The notes beneath the pieces are model-generated. The model was not told the origin of the DNA. It was given only the letters and a program-made list of their open reading frames with translations, and did not search any database. The position numbers were made by a program, and so were the translations under genes. 64,000 bases of DNA from Azolla caroliniana (lineage: Eukaryota; Plantae; Polypodiophyta): NCBI GenBank assembly GCA_043228905.1, contig JBHGNT010000005.1:8928001-8992000 (forward strand), read 5' to 3'. How positions within the stretch are numbered: the first letter of the stretch is position 1; the number at the start of each line of letters is the position of its first letter. Below, in pieces: positions 40,389-51,034 of the stretch.

Positions 40389-42551
40389 TCACTTGTCCAA
40401 GTACAAGTATTCAATAACATCATCCTCTACAATAATCTCTTCTAAATTGATTTCTAAAGATTCATATGCATCATTAATATCTTGAGGAATTGGAATATTT
40501 ATACTATCAAGCAGATCTATCCAAGATCGTATGCACATCTCTGCCTTGAAAGTGCATGAATGCAACCGTTGCCTATCTTCGAAGTTATCACGAGCTTCGG
40601 AGTTAGCTTCCTCGGAAGGCACTGATGAAGCTGGAATAGCCAAATAATCGCATGCCATTTTATACATCCTTGGAAAAATGGATCTGTTTCAAATCATAAA
40701 AAGAGGTACTATCAAAATGTGTTCATTAATTACCAACAATAACAAATTTGTTTAATACAACATGATGCAATATAGCTTGAAACCTGTTGGTAGACCACCA
40801 ATGTAGAGGGTCTACGGTACTCTTCACTCGTGGAACCTTCAAGAAACCTTCAATTTCTGTCCGAGCTGATGATTCATGAGATTTCTCATTGTTCATATCC
40901 CAAACATCCAAAAAATCAAACGGAGATCCTTCGCATGCATCTTCGGATAGAGAATCTTCGACATTAGGATCATGATATTGGGTTGTCAAGAAACTGTGCA
41001 CCAATTCTATATCGAGGTCTCTCTCAATTGGATTAGGTGGTTTTGGAACTCTACACTCAAACAAAAGAACATATTAGTAAGAAAGAAAGATTAAAAAAGG
41101 GGAAATTTCAATTAAAAACATTAGTACCTCGGGTCAACAAACATTGCGATTCGAGATGGAATAGATTTGAGGAATTCTTGGTACTTGATTAGATATTGTA
41201 AGCATTTGGTACTAGCCTCTTGTTGCACTTGAAGGGTAATCTTCTCGGAGGGTGAATCAACCGAGTTCATATCCATAGAAATATATTTATTACAATGCGC
41301 TAATAAGTTGTTGAATGCAAGCGCGGCTATTGAGAGGGTTGGATACTTTGACCCACTCAAGTAATTACAAATTTTAGCAGGCACAAGCAACCATTGTTCC
41401 ATACTTTGTATATGACTCCAATCTTCTATGGAGAGTGTATGGTCCACAAACTCATTAGCAATGGCATTGTCACTTGTGGTACAAATCAAGACATCTCTTA
41501 ATTTTAGGGATTGTTGATACATTATTAGGGTTGAATTCCATCTAGTAATGCAATCTACACATGGTGGTTCATGTTCTCCATTCTCATGCATGGTTTTTGA
41601 ATATTTTTTAAATATAGCTCTACTCACTTTACTTGTGCGTATAGAATGTAATGTCTTCCTTAACTTCATAGTAGGAGTAATAACTTCTAATGCAGACTTT
41701 ACACCTAGTTGATATGTATGCACCATGCATCTTAACATATGTGATGATTGTAAAATGTCTTGTCCATGATGACTAAGTAATAACCTAGCTAATTCTTTTG
41801 ATGCAACTAGAGATTCACTAGCACCGTCAGAAGTTGTAGATAGAAGACGTGAAGAGATACCAAATGATTTTAGACGGGAGAATAAAGCTTTTCCGACACG
41901 TTTTCCTACCCCATCTCCCGGAAAGACATCTAGGAAGTCTAAAAGCACACTAGTCGGCTTAGTAGACTCGAAACAAACAAAATGTAAAGTCACGGGATAA
42001 AATCCTTTCAAACTATTGTTTGTCCACCCATCAAATGTTATAGCATATCTAAAATTTTGTGAGGACAAATAAGTGATAACTAAATGGCGAAGAACAACAT
42101 ACATTCGTAACACTAATCTCTTAAGTGTAGGAGATGATTTAAGTTCATAAGTGGGCAAGACTTCATGCATTAATCTCTTAAAACGAGAAGACTCAATATG
42201 TGCATGAGGTAGCATTGATGTGACTATGTATCTAACAATAATACTATCAAACTTCTTCTCTAGAGTACGAGATATACCTAATGTAGATGAAGTAGCATCT
42301 ATGTTACTTTGGACAAGAACATTGCTAGAAGTTTGTGGTTGTGATATGCTATTAATATTATGCTTATCTGATAAATGCTTGGCGATAGAATTTGTAGATG
42401 TAGAGCTTGCCCACAACAAGTGACAATAGGCACATCGACGCTTGTATGCATCTCCATCCTTAATGGAGATCATGTGTTGCTCAGTCCATGCTGTTCTTTT
42501 TCTTGCCTTTGTTTTGCCTCTAGGGGCTGATATTGATGTCGCCGACTCCAT
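40389..42551 (-). CDS. hAT transposase (BED finger, DDE core, dimerisation domain), 3 exons, ~661 aa
   Basis: Exons 41128-42551, 40784-41050, 40389-40683 join in frame via GT-AG introns. BED CAYC...HLSDKH, ITFDGWT, TTSDGAS, RCMVH, TRWNST, YLAIPASSVPSEEANS. Confidence 0.9.
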
Positions 42552-42689
42552 ATAAATGTATGTGTGTTGATTGAGTTGGTCAGCAAAAGAGATAATGGTG
42601 GGTGTGTGTGCCTGACAATAAAATGTTGTTATATCAATAAGTGAACTTAAAATCCATTATGGATTATTAGTTTTACTTGGTTACATATG

Positions 42690-43122
42690 AATATGAATAT
42701 GGTAAAAACCTTTTCATATTCATATGTAACCAAGTAAAAACCTATTCATATTCATATGTAACCAAGTAAAAACCTATTTCCTTTATGTAGATGATTATGA
42801 ATATGGTAAAAACCTATTCATATTCATATGTAACCAAGTAAAAACCTATTTCCTTTATGTAGATGATTATGAATATGGTAAAAACCTATTCATATTCATA
42901 TGTAACCAAGTAAAAACCTATTTCCTTTATGTAGATGATTATGAATATGGTAAAAACCTATTCATATTCATATGTAACCAAGTAAAAACCTATTTCCTTT
43001 ATGTAGATGATTATGAATATGGTAAAAACCTATTCATATTCATATGTAACCAAGTAAAAACCTATTTCCTTTATGTAGATGATTATGAATATGGTAAAAA
43101 CCTATTTCCTTTATGTAGATGA
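42690..43122. repeat. 72-bp tandem repeat inside the hAT 5' region
   Basis: TATGAATATGGTAAAAACCTATTCATATTCATATGTAACCAAGTAAAAACCTATTTCCTTTATGTAGATGAT recurs at 42796, 42868, 42940, 43012, with partial copies on both sides. Confidence 0.95.
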
Positions 43123-43409
43123 TTGCTAGTAAAAAGCTCATCCTATCTTTTCCAACAATAAAAATATCCTACTCTAATCATGAGTTATTACATTGTGCCA
43201 CAATGTATGTCATATGAGGTAAAGTATTTGACTATACCATTATTCATATATGTGTATAATTTTATTGTGAATCTTACTTCGTATATGTCTACATTGTAGA
43301 CTGTAGTGACAAATGCACGCAGGCGGCAATAGCAGGTTCTCGTCTTCCACTTTGTAGTATCTACTATTCAGAGTGCAGCTTTGAGCTGACCTCTCTCTCT
43401 CTCTCTCTA

Positions 43410-43483
<74 letters not shown>

Positions 43484-43524
43484 GTGTATAGTGTCGATGG
43501 ACTCTGTCTGTCAAGAGTCCTATT

Positions 43525-43715
43525 CTATTACCTAATTACTAATTACTAGTAATTACTATTAGTAATACCTAATACCTATTACCTAATTACCAATTAGTAA
43601 TACCTATTACCTAATTATTAATTAGTAATACCTATTACCTAATTATTAATTAGTAATACCTATTACCTAATTATTAATTAGTAATACTTATTACCTAATT
43701 ACTAATTACTAATTA
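43525..43715. repeat. 28-bp AT-rich quasi-palindromic tandem repeat inside the hAT
   Basis: TACCTATTACCTAATTATTAATTAGTAA at 43601, 43629, 43657, plus degenerate flanking copies. Confidence 0.85.
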
Positions 43716-44965
43716 TATCACTTAAACGGCTTAAACGGCTTAGCCGGCTTGAGCCGGTTTGGCGAGGCTCAAGCCAAGCCGAGCCGAGCTCAAACCGTTA
43801 AGGCAGGCTCAAGCCTAAATCGAGCCGAGCCGAGCCGCCGAGCCGCCAAGCCGCCAAGTCGTTTTCAAGCCGGCTAAGCCAAACGGTTTAGGCTTGAGCC
43901 GAGCCGTTGCCGATCCCTATGCAGCACCTTCTCGTAGTCATCGATGTGAGTCGCCACGAAATTCCGACATCTGTCCGGTCCGATTGTCTCGTCCTTTTCC
44001 TCCACAGGGTATCCCCTGATCGGGATGTCGTCTAAGAATGGCATGGTGATGTCCGGGATACAATCCCTGAGCACTTTGTTCATCGCGTTCATGATGTGAG
44101 CCACCGAGTTCGTCCCTCCTTGTGGTAGGGTACACATCTGCATTAGGCCGAGAGGAGTCCACATCGTCGTAATGTCTCTGCTCCCCACGGCTAGTTGGAA
44201 CTGATCGTACCCCGAGTACAGATCACCGACAGAGTAAATCGACCTTCCGGCAAAGGCCTCCGTGAACTCGTCTATGGTCGGTCTGATTCCTGCGTTCCGA
44301 ATGGTCACCTTGTTGACCGGTTGCAAGTCCTGAATGAAGCACAACGTGCCATTCTTCTTCGGCATTGTAAACCACCGATTCGAATACGGGGCACTCGACG
44401 GACGGTTTGAGGACGCCCATCTCCACCTTTTGCTTTAGAAGCTCCATCAACTTTGGGATGTGAGCTCTCAGCACCGGAATCGGTTTGAGATTCCACGGTA
44501 CATGCGGTAACATGAAGATCACCATCGGTTCGACGATCGTCGGGTCCACACACTTGATCTCCCCCGGCGAGAACGCGAAGGCTTTCCCATGCCTTCCAAG
44601 CATTCTCCGAAACTTGTTCTCCTCCGCCGGTAGTAGAAAGCCACCCCCACCAACCTTGAGCTCCCGTAGCGTTATGTCGGTGAACCGGTGCCCTATGCCA
44701 GCTGGATTCCGTAAAGTTGGGTCTAATGTGACCCCTTTTATCTGCTCCTCACTGTCCTCCGGCAAGGGTGCCGCTACTGGCCTCACCTTCCGGTCCACAG
44801 TCTTGTACTTCGTGTCCACCCGGGCCGTCCGATCCGACTCAAGCCCGTTACAGAAGTCGGCGATGACTTCGTACATCCGTTCCGAACATACCGGAATCGT
44901 CCGGTCCTCTTTAAGGCCTCCTCCGACCACCTCTCGTAACTGTCCCAAGGTGTCGTTGAAAGAGA

Positions 44966-45595
44966 CGAGGCCGATAGGCCTTGGCCGAAACCGGATGTGG
45001 AGTACCCGACTATGGAAGACCCGGTGAGAACCGGATGACGAGTACCCGGCAAGAGCCGAATGGTGAAGACCCGGTGAGAACTGAATGTGGAGTACCCGAC
45101 AAGAGCCGGATGATGCAAGCCCGGTGAGGAGTGCTCACCGGATGAAGGGACATATTCGTAAATATGTTTTCTGAGAGTCCATCGAGGCTATATTTGTAAA
45201 TAGCTGAAAAGTCATATTAGTATAAATATGACTTAGGGAAAACTTTGTATATGAGTTGTTGTCATTCTTGTTGGCGCTAGGTTAGAGAGCGCGTAATAGT
45301 GTACAGAGAGAGAGAGAGAGAGGGAGAGAGAGAGGAAGAGGTCGTTTCCTCTGTTGTAATCGCCGCCTATGGCGAAGATCGTGAGCGCGAGGTCGTTGCC
45401 TCCGTGAGCTCACTATTGTAATCATTGTGATATAGTGATAGTTTGGAGTCTGTGGACTCCCACAGTTTTTCCACGTTAAACATCCTGTGTACTCTTCTCT
45501 CCTTTGTGTCGTGCGTTCATTATCCGTTTTCTGTGTTTGATCTTAGACTCGGTTGTGGCCGAGCGTTGTTCATCGGGAGCATGTAGTCCCTGTCA
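44966..45595 (+). mobile_element. 5'-truncated LTR related to the Copia family at 33778-39335
   Basis: Shares CCGG repeats, catattcgtaaatatgtt and gtcatattagtataaatatgacttagg with the Copia LTRs, ends in TGTCA, and lacks the first ~60 bp. Confidence 0.85.
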
Positions 45596-46426
45596 GGTTA
45601 CACCAACTCGGACTTCGCCGGCTGCGTGGACAATCGGAAATCAATAACCGGATATTGTTTCAAATTCGGCAATGGAGCAATCTCGTGGAAGTCAAAACTT
45701 CAGGAGTGCACAACCACCTCAACAACCGAAGCAGAATATGTAGCTGTGTCCGACGTGGCAAGAGTAGCTTTATGGCTCGGTCGGCTGGCGCACACGTTTC
45801 GACAAGTCGACTTCGACTAGGCTCCAGTTGTCTAGAGTAACAGCCAGGGTGTTGTTGCTTTGTCAAAAAATCCGGTTCACCACAACGCCTCCAAGCATAT
45901 CGACGTTTAATATCACTTTGTTCGGGACTGCGTCATTTCAGGGAAAATCGGTCTCAAGAAGATATCCACAACCGATAATGTCGCAGATGGAATGACCAAG
46001 TGTCTTTCGGCGGATCACTTTCAGTCCCTTCGGCACCAGATGGGCATAACGAAAAATCGGTTCGGTTAAAGTCAGACACACATCACGGGATGGTTTCGAA
46101 CAACCGACATTGGTTCTTTGAGGATCGGCTTCAACTCTTCAGATCTTGCCAACTCGAACAAAACCGATCTGTCCAATAAACCTTGTATATACCTGTAATT
46201 TTAGATAACCAATGTATACGCCCATTACGGGGGAGTGTCGAAGACGAGTGTATAATGGCCATATTCACATTGTCCCTTTGGACAGCCCAAGTTTAGGCTT
46301 TTTCTGTAAATAGCATAAAGCGCAGTTGCCCTAGGATAGTCACTATTTATAGTGACTTTGTAACCTTTCGTGGTGGTTGTTGTCATTAGTAACTGTTGCT
46401 ATTAAGATTTATTTTTTTTCTTTGTG

Positions 46427-46473
<47 letters not shown>

Positions 46474-46505
46474 CTTGTTCATTCTCATACACAGGTCCTT
46501 CAACA
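45596..46505 (+). mobile_element. 3' end of a second Copia element (RNase H remnant, PPT, 3' LTR 46236-46505)
   Basis: GYTNSDFAGCVDNRKSITGYCFKFGNGAISWKSKLQ...STTEAEYVA...SKHIDV, PPT GGGGGAG, LTR TGTCGAAGA...TCCTTCAACA. Confidence 0.85.
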
Positions 46506-46513
46506 TCACAGAT

Positions 46514-47298
46514 TGTTGGGAGACAGGTCCCTCCGGATGGGAAGGGAGAAGAATAGTGCCAATGATCAAACTCGGCCGAGGCCGATAGGCCGAAGCCGAA
46601 ACGGTATGAGGAGTACCCGGCTACGGAGAGCCGGATGATACAGACCCGGTGAAGACCGGATGAGGAGCACCCGGCTACGGAGAGCCGGATGATACAGACC
46701 CGGTGAAGACCGGATGAGGAGCACCCGGCTACGGAGAGCCGGATGATACAGACCCGGTGAAGACCGGATGAGGAGTACCCGGCTACGGAGAGCCGGATGG
46801 GGCAGGCCCGGTGAGAACCGGATGAAGAGACATATTCGTAAATATGTTTCTGAGAGCCCATCGAGGCTACATTTGTAAATAGCCGAAAAGTCATATTAGT
46901 ATAAATATGACTTAGGACAAACTTTTTTGGTTACTGTCGTTATGGTCATTTTTCTTGTTGTTGTAAGAAGAAGAGTGAGCGCGTAACTGTACAGAGAGAG
47001 AGAGAGTGAGAACGAGGTAACTGCCTCTGTTGTAACCACCGCCTATGGCGAAGATAGTGAGCACGAGGTCGTTGCCTCCGTGAACTCACTGTTTGTACAT
47101 TCTTACGTAGTGACAGTTTTGCAGCCTGTGGGCTGCCGTGGTTTTTTCCCCTAGTTTGGGGTTTTCCACATAAACCTCCAGTGTATTGTGTGTATCTTCT
47201 CTTACTTCGTGTCGTGCATTTGTTTCCCGTTTTCTGCGTAAGAAAAGGAGCTCGGTTGTGGCTGAGCATTGGACATAAGGAGCGTTGAGTTCCCGACA
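46514..47298 (+). mobile_element. Solo LTR of the Copia family at 33778-39335
   Basis: TGTTGGGAGACAGG...TTCCCGACA, TSD CAGAT/TAGAT, four 54-bp internal repeats. Confidence 0.9.
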
Positions 47299-48024
47299 TA
47301 GATGTTGTTTGTTCTTCCGCACTGACGACCTTGTCCCCAATAGTGAGAGCATCCGACCACTCGTCGACGACGATGACAATCCTATCTAGTCACATGCTTT
47401 CCTTTTGGGACTCCTCTCTGCAAGCATGTATGATACTTGATTTGAAGCTCCGCTAGAGTATCATCTAATTTACTAGCTTCTACCTGTATCACTTCTGTGG
47501 GCATCGTAGTCTTATTGTTGAGCGGCAAGCTCAACTGGAGCCGGATCGACTGAATAAGCCTGAGCTGGCAAGCGAGACGGATCGGTAAGCCGTGAGCAAC
47601 CGAGCCGGCAAGCAACAAAGCCGGTGACCTAAGGAGCCGGTTCGCCAAATCCTATCAGTAACCGGAAGCCTAGTATTAGTGTAGACCACTAGGCAATTAT
47701 AGTCTCGTAGTAAGTGTCAGATGCTCGTGTGAGCATTCAAGTACACGGTACTTTTGTCAGCCCCATGAGGACTTGTATAAATAGTGCTACTGAGCATAGT
47801 TGTATACACAGAGTGATTATATTGTTTTCGAATATAGCTTTTACGTTCTGCTCTCTCTGTCTCTCCCGTGTACTCTGTGTATTCCCTAATTTCTCTGTTT
47901 TCTAACACTTCCGCAAGTAATCGTTTACACTTATCATATTTACTTACACTTGTGCCTAACATGTCAATAGAATTCACCTTTTGTATTCTCTGACATCCAC
48001 ATTGGTCAATTAGTGATTTTACGT
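47299..48024 (-). pseudogene. 3' continuation of the zinc-finger ORF from 30884-31395, interrupted by a solo LTR
   Basis: From ACGT at 48024 on the minus strand: YVKSLIDQCGCQRIQKVNSIDMLGTSVSKYDK | solo LTR | TTMPTEVIQVEASKLDDTLAELQIKYHTCLQRGVPKGKHVTR*DCHRRRRVVGC, in frame once the solo LTR and one TSD copy are removed. Confidence 0.75.
47516..47929 (+). mobile_element. Solo LTR (third family)
   Basis: TGT...ACA termini, TSD CTTAT on both sides, TATAAATA at ~47777. Its removal restores the host reading frame. Confidence 0.8.
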
Positions 48025-51000
48025 TGTCATGAAGAAAACCGTCCCTAAGCAGAAACCGAGTTTAGCGCGTGTAAACCGGCCCTTACACGCGAGCACACTT
48101 TTCGTTGTATAGTAAGTAGGTAGGTACAAGTCGGCTGAGGTGAAATCCTAGGTAGCACGCATTCAATAGGGAGAGAATTAATGTGATGTAACGGATGATA
48201 ACGGCCTCCCTCCTTGGGCTGTAAAAGAGAGGGAGAGGAATGGAAAAGGTATCGCGCGTTAGAGAGGACGAAGTGCTGCCGGACTAGGTCTGAGCCCTTC
48301 CCCTCTGTCACTCTCCATAGCCATTTTGCGCATGTTTACGGGAGGCTGACTCCGCTCCGTGGAACGCCCGTGTGCTTCTGGCAGAGTCTCCATCTCGCTC
48401 TTCTATGTGTGAGTGAATAGGCATTGGTGTTCGCATTGTCGGCCTGTTAGTTGTAACCGTCTCAATATATATATATTTATATACATACGTGTTCATATAC
48501 TCGGACTTCTAGTCGTCTCGTTTTGCTGTGTTGTTGGACTGTGAATCCTGTGTGCTCCCGTGTCTGTGTGTGTGCAAGCGCGTCCGTTGCCTTCCCGTTC
48601 TCCTCCTTCTCAGCTATTTCTCGATCCAAGACCCCGGTGGTCCCGCCTCGTTCTCCACGCACGCGCGTAACAACGCAACATATCTGGTGAACCCAACGTG
48701 AACAGGCAGCAGAGGAATAGAAAGATGAGGGGGTCGGATTTTGCGGAAGCCATGGCTTCGGCTGTGGATTGGATAGTGAGTGTGCGTGAAGGCGCAGGCG
48801 CCCTCGATAGGGCTATTGAAGGGGTCATCGGCACGATAGGCCGGTTCGGTGGGAAAGACGCCACGAGCTATTTGGAGGCCTACCGGGCCGAGATGGTAAT
48901 GAGAGACATTCCGGGAGAAAGGCGACTGACCGGATTCCCTTGGGTGGCGAAGCCGGGCATCCATGCGGAGGTGCTCGAGGTACGGGCTGAGGGCTGGACT
49001 TGGGAAGAGTTTGAAGGTCAGCTCCTTGAAAAATACGGGCTTGATGACGCGCTTTGGCTCTCGAAACGGGACTTCATGAAATGGGTAGAGACCCCCGAAA
49101 AGGGGAGAAATGCGTCGGTGCTCCTCCGGGAGTTTGAAGAACGCTTCGCGCGTCTTTCGGGCGCTTGACCGAACCGTACTAGACACAAGTCGCGTCCTGT
49201 TGTTTGTTAAGTCGGTGGATGCGAGGGACCGGGAGCAAGTGGGTCTCCTGCTGGAGACTGATGACGGGCTGACGGCCCACTGGGCCGTGGTGAAGAGAGT
49301 CTGTGGCCGTTTCGACAAACGACGAGAGTGGGTTGATAAAGGATCAACAGGGGCGGGCTCTGTAGCAGCAAGGAAACTCGAGCCAACCCCGCCAGCGCGA
49401 AGGGAAGAGACCCGAGACTGGCTCGAGACCGGATCGACTTCGACCAGCATGGTCAAAGGCTTGTCCGGAGGAGCAGCTCTAGAGGAGCTGACTAGGATGG
49501 TAAAGGACCTCCAGATTGCACAGGCACGGAGGGACAACGGCGAACAGGCCCGTGACCGAAGGCCTTTGGCTGGAAACCGGTGTTTGTGGTGCGACGCGGT
49601 CGGCCACGTCCGAAAGGACTGCAGGGACTTCGCCGAGGCAATGAGAGCCAACGTGGTGTACCTATGGAACGGTCAGGTGCACGCTAGCGAGACCCGAAGG
49701 GCCCTGGACCTGAATGTCGGACGAGGGGGTATGAAACGGCTAATGGAAGAAGCGGCGGCTCGCCACGCGGAGACCGTCCACTACTCGGCGTCGGTTGGGA
49801 TCCAGGTCGGAGGTGGTGAGGCCCGGAAGACGAACGAAGCCGGATTCTGGCCGCTGATGTTGGAAGGCCTCGCCGGCGCACAGCTAAGGAAAGAAGAAGC
49901 GGACCGCGTGGAAAAACGGGTCCGGGAGGTAACCGGGTGGAGTGACCCGGTCGAAGAGAAGACGGGCTTCGTTGAAGCCGCATGCCAGAACTACGAGGCT
50001 CTGGTGGAAGACAAGGGAGTAGGTAAATCCAAAGGGGCCAGGCCCTCGCAACGGTACGAGACCCGATTTGATCAAAGGCAGAATGAGGCCGGTGCGATTG
50101 GCGCACCAGATAAAGCCAAGAAGGCCGGGTACCGGTTGAGCACGGAAATCGAAAGGACCACGGACCTGCGAAATGTCCTAGAGGAACGTATCCTCGACAG
50201 CAAAGTGGAGTTGTCGCTGAGGGAAGTGCTCGGGATCGCAAAGAAGGAGTTCCACGACTCCATCGTAGACTTGGTGAAGAGGAAGAGGATGTCGACAAAA
50301 CCAGAGCCGGAAAAGTCGGTGGAATTGCGAATGACGCACATAGACGACATGGCGCTAGAAGACGAGTTGGCGGAGAGCCACTATTCGAGGCCGCACTGGG
50401 CTAGAGCGACCACGGAGACCCCTGTTAAGATCGGGGATGTCCAGGAGCCGGTGGTGGCGTTGGTGGACCACGGTTCAGAAATCAACTTGATGTCCATGGA
50501 CTTCTAGAAAAGGGGGAAATGGCCGATCAACACCAAACACGACTAGAAAATATGGGTAGCGACGCGCACCACGGAAGAACTACATGGAGCCTGCCCAAAT
50601 GTACGGGTGAAAATCGGCGATGTCAAGATCGACCAGCACTTCTTCGTGCAGGAGACGTCCTCACATCCGGTTATACTAGGAGAACCATACATCACGGCGA
50701 CACGGATGGAGACCAAGGTGCTGGACAATGGTTCGGCCTATGCAAGAGTCAAGAGCCAGGACAGGCGTCACTCGGTCTAGTTCCTGACGGTGCGACCAAA
50801 CCATGAGCATAACCGCGAGACCCTCAGTGGCGAAACCCAAGGGGATTTTTAGAGAGGGCTATCAAGGCGTGGGGCCGCGATAGTCCGGACACCCCGGAAA
50901 AACCCCACAAATGTACAATAGGGAAGAAGACTTGTACCATCGGTAGGAAATTTTGGTTCTCCGACAGCGGGGGTTGTACGATTGCCGGCGTCGTTGGCCG

Positions 51001-51030
51001 GGAGAAGAAGAGGGCGGAGGAGCGACTTCG
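48025..51030 (+). mobile_element. Ty3/Gypsy element A, 5' half (5' LTR 48025-48680, PBS, gag, protease), in opposite orientation to its 3' half
   Basis: LTR matches 31396-32057 (reverse complement), PBS-like TGGTGAACCCAACGTG, gag IGRFGGKDATSYL, CCHC CLWCDAVGHVRKDC, protease ALVDHGSEINLMS. ORF1 ends GGG GAT TTT TAG at 50852. Confidence 0.92.
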
Positions 51031-51034
51031 GGCA

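Larger units (their letters stand above)
39895..43919 (-). mobile_element. hAT DNA transposon nested in the Gypsy RT, apparently complete
   Basis: Perfect 16-bp TIR TAGGGATCGGCAACGG, 8-bp TSD TGCAGCAC (39887-39894, 43920-43927), subterminal AACCG/AGCCG repeats. Confidence 0.97.
31396..44965 (-). mobile_element. Ty3/Gypsy element A, 3' half (RT, RNase H, integrase, PPT, 3' LTR), interrupted by a Copia and a hAT
   Basis: RT PKKNGTLCFIQDLQPVN...FLDDIP (43928-44950), RT/RNase H 39340-39894 and 33215-33772, integrase HFKWMVDLVTMP...VADRGE...GKVERGH (32133-33179). PPT GGTTAGGTGGGGGCGGA (minus) at 32058-32074. Degenerate, with stops and frameshifts. Confidence 0.92.

Noticed and set aside
31396-48680. 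The inverted LTR pair as TIRs of one giant DNA transposon
   Set aside because: They have TG...CA ends, an adjacent PPT and PBS, and flank gag and pol correctly. They are LTRs displaced by rearrangement.
48614-50298. Long minus-strand ORFs (345 aa, 204 aa)
   Set aside because: Antisense shadows of GC-rich gag sequence with no recognisable domain.
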